A stretch of 7,543 bases of DNA from a virus (taxonomy: Duplodnaviria; Heunggongvirae; Uroviricota; Caudoviricetes): IMG/VR virus record IMGVR_UViG_2778261182_000005. One strand, written 5' to 3'. The position numbers were made by a program, and so were the translations under genes. Below, one piece after another: positions 5,742 through 7,543 of this stretch. The notes beneath the pieces are model-generated. The model was not told the DNA's origin, did no database searches, and was given only the letters and a program-made list of their open reading frames with translations. Within the stretch, counting starts at the first letter, position 1. Every line of letters begins with the position of its first letter.

Positions 5742-6650
5742 TCATCGTAAAATATCCTCCACGCTTGTCAGTCCGTTTCGCTCCAGGTAGTCCATCGCCT
5801 TATCAGGCAAGATACTTAATCTATTGGCGTACTTTAAGGAGTGGGCCAGTCGCTTGACCCACATTGTTAATTCGCTAACCTGGTTACCAGATACTGGTGA
5901 GTTGTCGGTTTTACCATGGCGGGCGGCGTAGTCGGCGCTCCATCCCTTCTCCTCCTGCGGCGGTTCAGGCAACGCTTCCAGTGAAGCTTTCACAAAACAC
6001 GCCGCCTGAACTATAACGCCATGAATCCAACGCAAATCAGCATCGCGATCTTTCTTTTTCATCTTCTCGCCACTTAAAGCCTGGCTTATGTGGCTGCGTA
6101 CCAGGTCTTCATGTAACTCCTTCGCATCCTCAATGGTGAAACCACCAGGCAGAAGAACCGAAGTTACCGGAGAGTTGGTTGACGTTTCCGCGATTCCCCG
6201 AAAATTGTTGGTTGACGAATTCTTGTTTTCCCGAAAATTTCCAGCCTGAAGCATGGCTTCGCGGCAATCGTTCCATCCTTCAGCATAATCACTATGCGCA
6301 AGAGGCCAACCTCTTATGTATTCACGCGGCAACTTATCAGGCACTACCATCGCTGGCGGCGCTGCGTAAAGCGGTGTTATTTCTGCCCGAAAGTCACCTA
6401 TTTCATGCAGTCGCACCCAGCGTTCGACTTCTGCTTTGTCAGAATACATAGTGGTGAACGTATTATATTTATTGTCAATTTGCGTGAAGGTTGCCTTCCA
6501 CGCCACTGGCTCTGCTTCCAGTGACGCCAGTGCGATACGAAACACATTGGCAAGCAGGCTGTCTGAAGATTGGTTATCGTGCGCCGGGTCGCTCAGGAAA
6601 CCAGTGATGAATGATTTAATCTCCGCGTTTTCTCTGGTAATAGTGGTCAT
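5742..6650 (-). CDS. Hypothetical phage protein (302 aa), two apparent domains joined by a low-complexity linker
   Basis: ATG at 6650 with SD AAGGA at 8-nt spacing (MTTITRENAEIK...). The track's longer version starts at TTG 6740 without a good SD. No family recognised. It occupies the position upstream of hok that relBE holds in E. coli K-12 Qin. Confidence 0.65.
   Translation of the reverse strand: MTTITRENAEIKSFITGFLSDPAHDNQSSDSLLANVFRIALASLEAEPVAWKATFTQIDNKYNTFTTMYSDKAEVERWVRLHEIGDFRAEITPLYAAPPAMVVPDKLPREYIRGWPLAHSDYAEGWNDCREAMLQAGNFRENKNSSTNNFRGIAETSTNSPVTSVLLPGGFTIEDAKELHEDLVRSHISQALSGEKMKKKDRDADLRWIHGVIVQAACFVKASLEALPEPPQEEKGWSADYAARHGKTDNSPVSGNQVSELTMWVKRLAHSLKYANRLSILPDKAMDYLERNGLTSVEDILR
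6174..6239. repeat. Tandem direct repeat, 2 x 33 bp, imperfect, inside the 302-aa CDS
   Basis: Unit 1 is gttggttgacgtttccgcgattccccgaaaatt and unit 2 is gttggttgacgaattcttgttttcccgaaaatt. The first 11 and last 9 nt are identical. It encodes the repeated NFR...STN linker motif. Confidence 0.6.
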
Positions 6651-6736
6651 ATCAGCTTTCCTTATATGGGTTGATTTTGTTGTGCAGTGTGTTGAACGAC
6701 GCCCATACCACGTCGTTATACAATTCAATAACTGGC

Positions 6737-6883
6737 TCAATTATTTTCCCGATTGCCCAGACAAAAATTAGCGGGGATATCGGCATCAGCAGCACTTCCA
6801 CCACGTAACTCTGCATAGTCCATTAACAGTTCATGCCATTCTTTAAAACTGACGTTGTATTTAGTTGAACCAAAATCAGCCAT
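6737..6883 (-). CDS. Small acidic hypothetical protein (48 aa)
   Basis: ATG at 6883 preceded by GAGGAGG at about 7-nt spacing. Hand translation gives MADFGSTKYNVSFKEWHELLMDYAELRGGSAADADIPANFCLGNRENN with TGA at 6739-6737. Below the ORF track's size cutoff. Confidence 0.5.
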   Translation of the reverse strand: MADFGSTKYNVSFKEWHELLMDYAELRGGSAADADIPANFCLGNRENN

Positions 6884-6887
6884 TTTG

Positions 6888-7058
6888 TTATTCCTCCTCG
6901 TCTTTTATTTCGTGATATGAGTAATTGCAGTAGTTAAAGAAAATTTCTTTTGCTTCGTCCTGTATTTCATCTGGTGTCGCATCATCATCCACTTCGAATA
7001 CATCTTCAAAATCTCCACCAGCAATTCCCGTTTCAATAATTATTTTGAACTTTCGCAT
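6888..7058 (-). CDS. Small highly acidic hypothetical protein (56 aa)
   Basis: ATG at 7058; hand translation gives MRKFKIIIETGIAGGDFEDVFEVDDDATPDEIQDEAKEIFFNYCNYSYHEIKDEEE. Its TAA (6890-6888) lies 4 nt before the next gene's ATG, and its 3' end carries that gene's SD. Its own SD is weak (AAAGGG). Confidence 0.5.
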   Translation of the reverse strand: MRKFKIIIETGIAGGDFEDVFEVDDDATPDEIQDEAKEIFFNYCNYSYHEIKDEEE

Positions 7059-7091
7059 TTCATTACCGCCCTTTCTGGCAGCCTCCTGACA

Positions 7092-7304
7092 TTAATCGTT
7101 GTGATAACTCATGGCTTCATTTGCAGCATCAACTGGATCAACCTCCCACCAGCAATAATTTTGGTCGGCTCCTTCAGGCGTCCACGGTTCTAATTCATTT
7201 TTTGCCGCATTCTCATCGCCAGTAATTTTAAAAATCTGCTCAGAGAATTTTCTCACCCACTCGTTATATTTTTCCGCGTTAATGGTTTTCTGTGTATTTA
7301 ACAT
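7092..7304 (-). CDS. Small acidic hypothetical protein (70 aa)
   Basis: ATG at 7304 preceded by a strong SD (GGAGGT at 7-nt spacing). An AT-rich intergenic region lies upstream. No family recognised. Confidence 0.6.
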   Translation of the reverse strand: MLNTQKTINAEKYNEWVRKFSEQIFKITGDENAAKNELEPWTPEGADQNYCWWEVDPVDAANEAMSYHND

Positions 7305-7354
7305 AGATATACCTCCAGTTAAGGATTAGATTTTATTTACAGCACTAAATTTAT

Positions 7355-7543
7355 TTATTCAGTTCTGGATTTTGTCGCCCTGCGTATCCGCGCTTTCGCG
7401 TTACGCTCAATCTGAATTAACTTTTCTATATTTTTCCGTCTTTCCTGTTCCTCCTGGCGCAATAGCCTTACATCATCTGCCAGTCTGGTTTCTCTTTTCG
7501 CCACAGAGAGCATCCAGTCAAACGGCTCCACAACTGCACCGCA
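7355..7543 (-). CDS. 3' end of a CDS entering from the right edge (C-terminal 62 aa, basic, coiled-coil-like); function unknown
   Basis: Open in frame from 7543 to TAA at 7357-7355, ending ...RLADDVRLLRQEEQERRKNIEKLIQIERNAKARIRRATKSRTE. The 5' part lies outside the window. Confidence 0.5.
   Translation of the reverse strand, partial: CGAVVEPFDWMLSVAKRETRLADDVRLLRQEEQERRKNIEKLIQIERNAKARIRRATKSRTE

Noticed and set aside
6651-6740. TTG-initiated N-terminal extension (MSQLLNCITTWYGRRSTHCTTKSTHIRKAD) of the 302-aa protein
   Set aside because: It has no SD and a non-ATG start overlapping the upstream small ORF's stop. The internal ATG at 6650 has a well-spaced AAGGA.

Overview
This window reads as a segment of a lambdoid (lambda/82/Qin-like) enterobacterial prophage in which every credible gene lies on the minus strand. 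The most interesting feature is an AT-rich, self-contained cassette at 3932-5068 made of hicA, an extended hicB and a translationally coupled acidic ORF of unknown function. Reading right to left (the direction of transcription) the window contains: a partial basic ORF at the right edge; three small acidic ORFs; a 302-aa unknown protein with an internal tandem repeat; a complete hok/sok-type type I toxin locus; the hicA-hicB-acidic ORF cassette followed by a hairpin; nin-region genes (a 90-aa ORF, a DUF968/YdfU-like protein, RusA); antiterminator Q; a lambda-like late promoter pR'/qut with a tR'-like terminator; an AT-rich multi-pass membrane-protein moron; and a compact tRNA array (Ile2-CAU, a degenerate tRNA-like element, Gly-UCC cut by the window edge). 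Plus-strand ORFs in the track look like antisense shadows. No integrase, transposase, CRISPR array or rRNA was seen. All family assignments come from reading motifs and from memory of reference sequences; no database search was run, and GC statements are by-eye counts on sampled 60-nt stretches.
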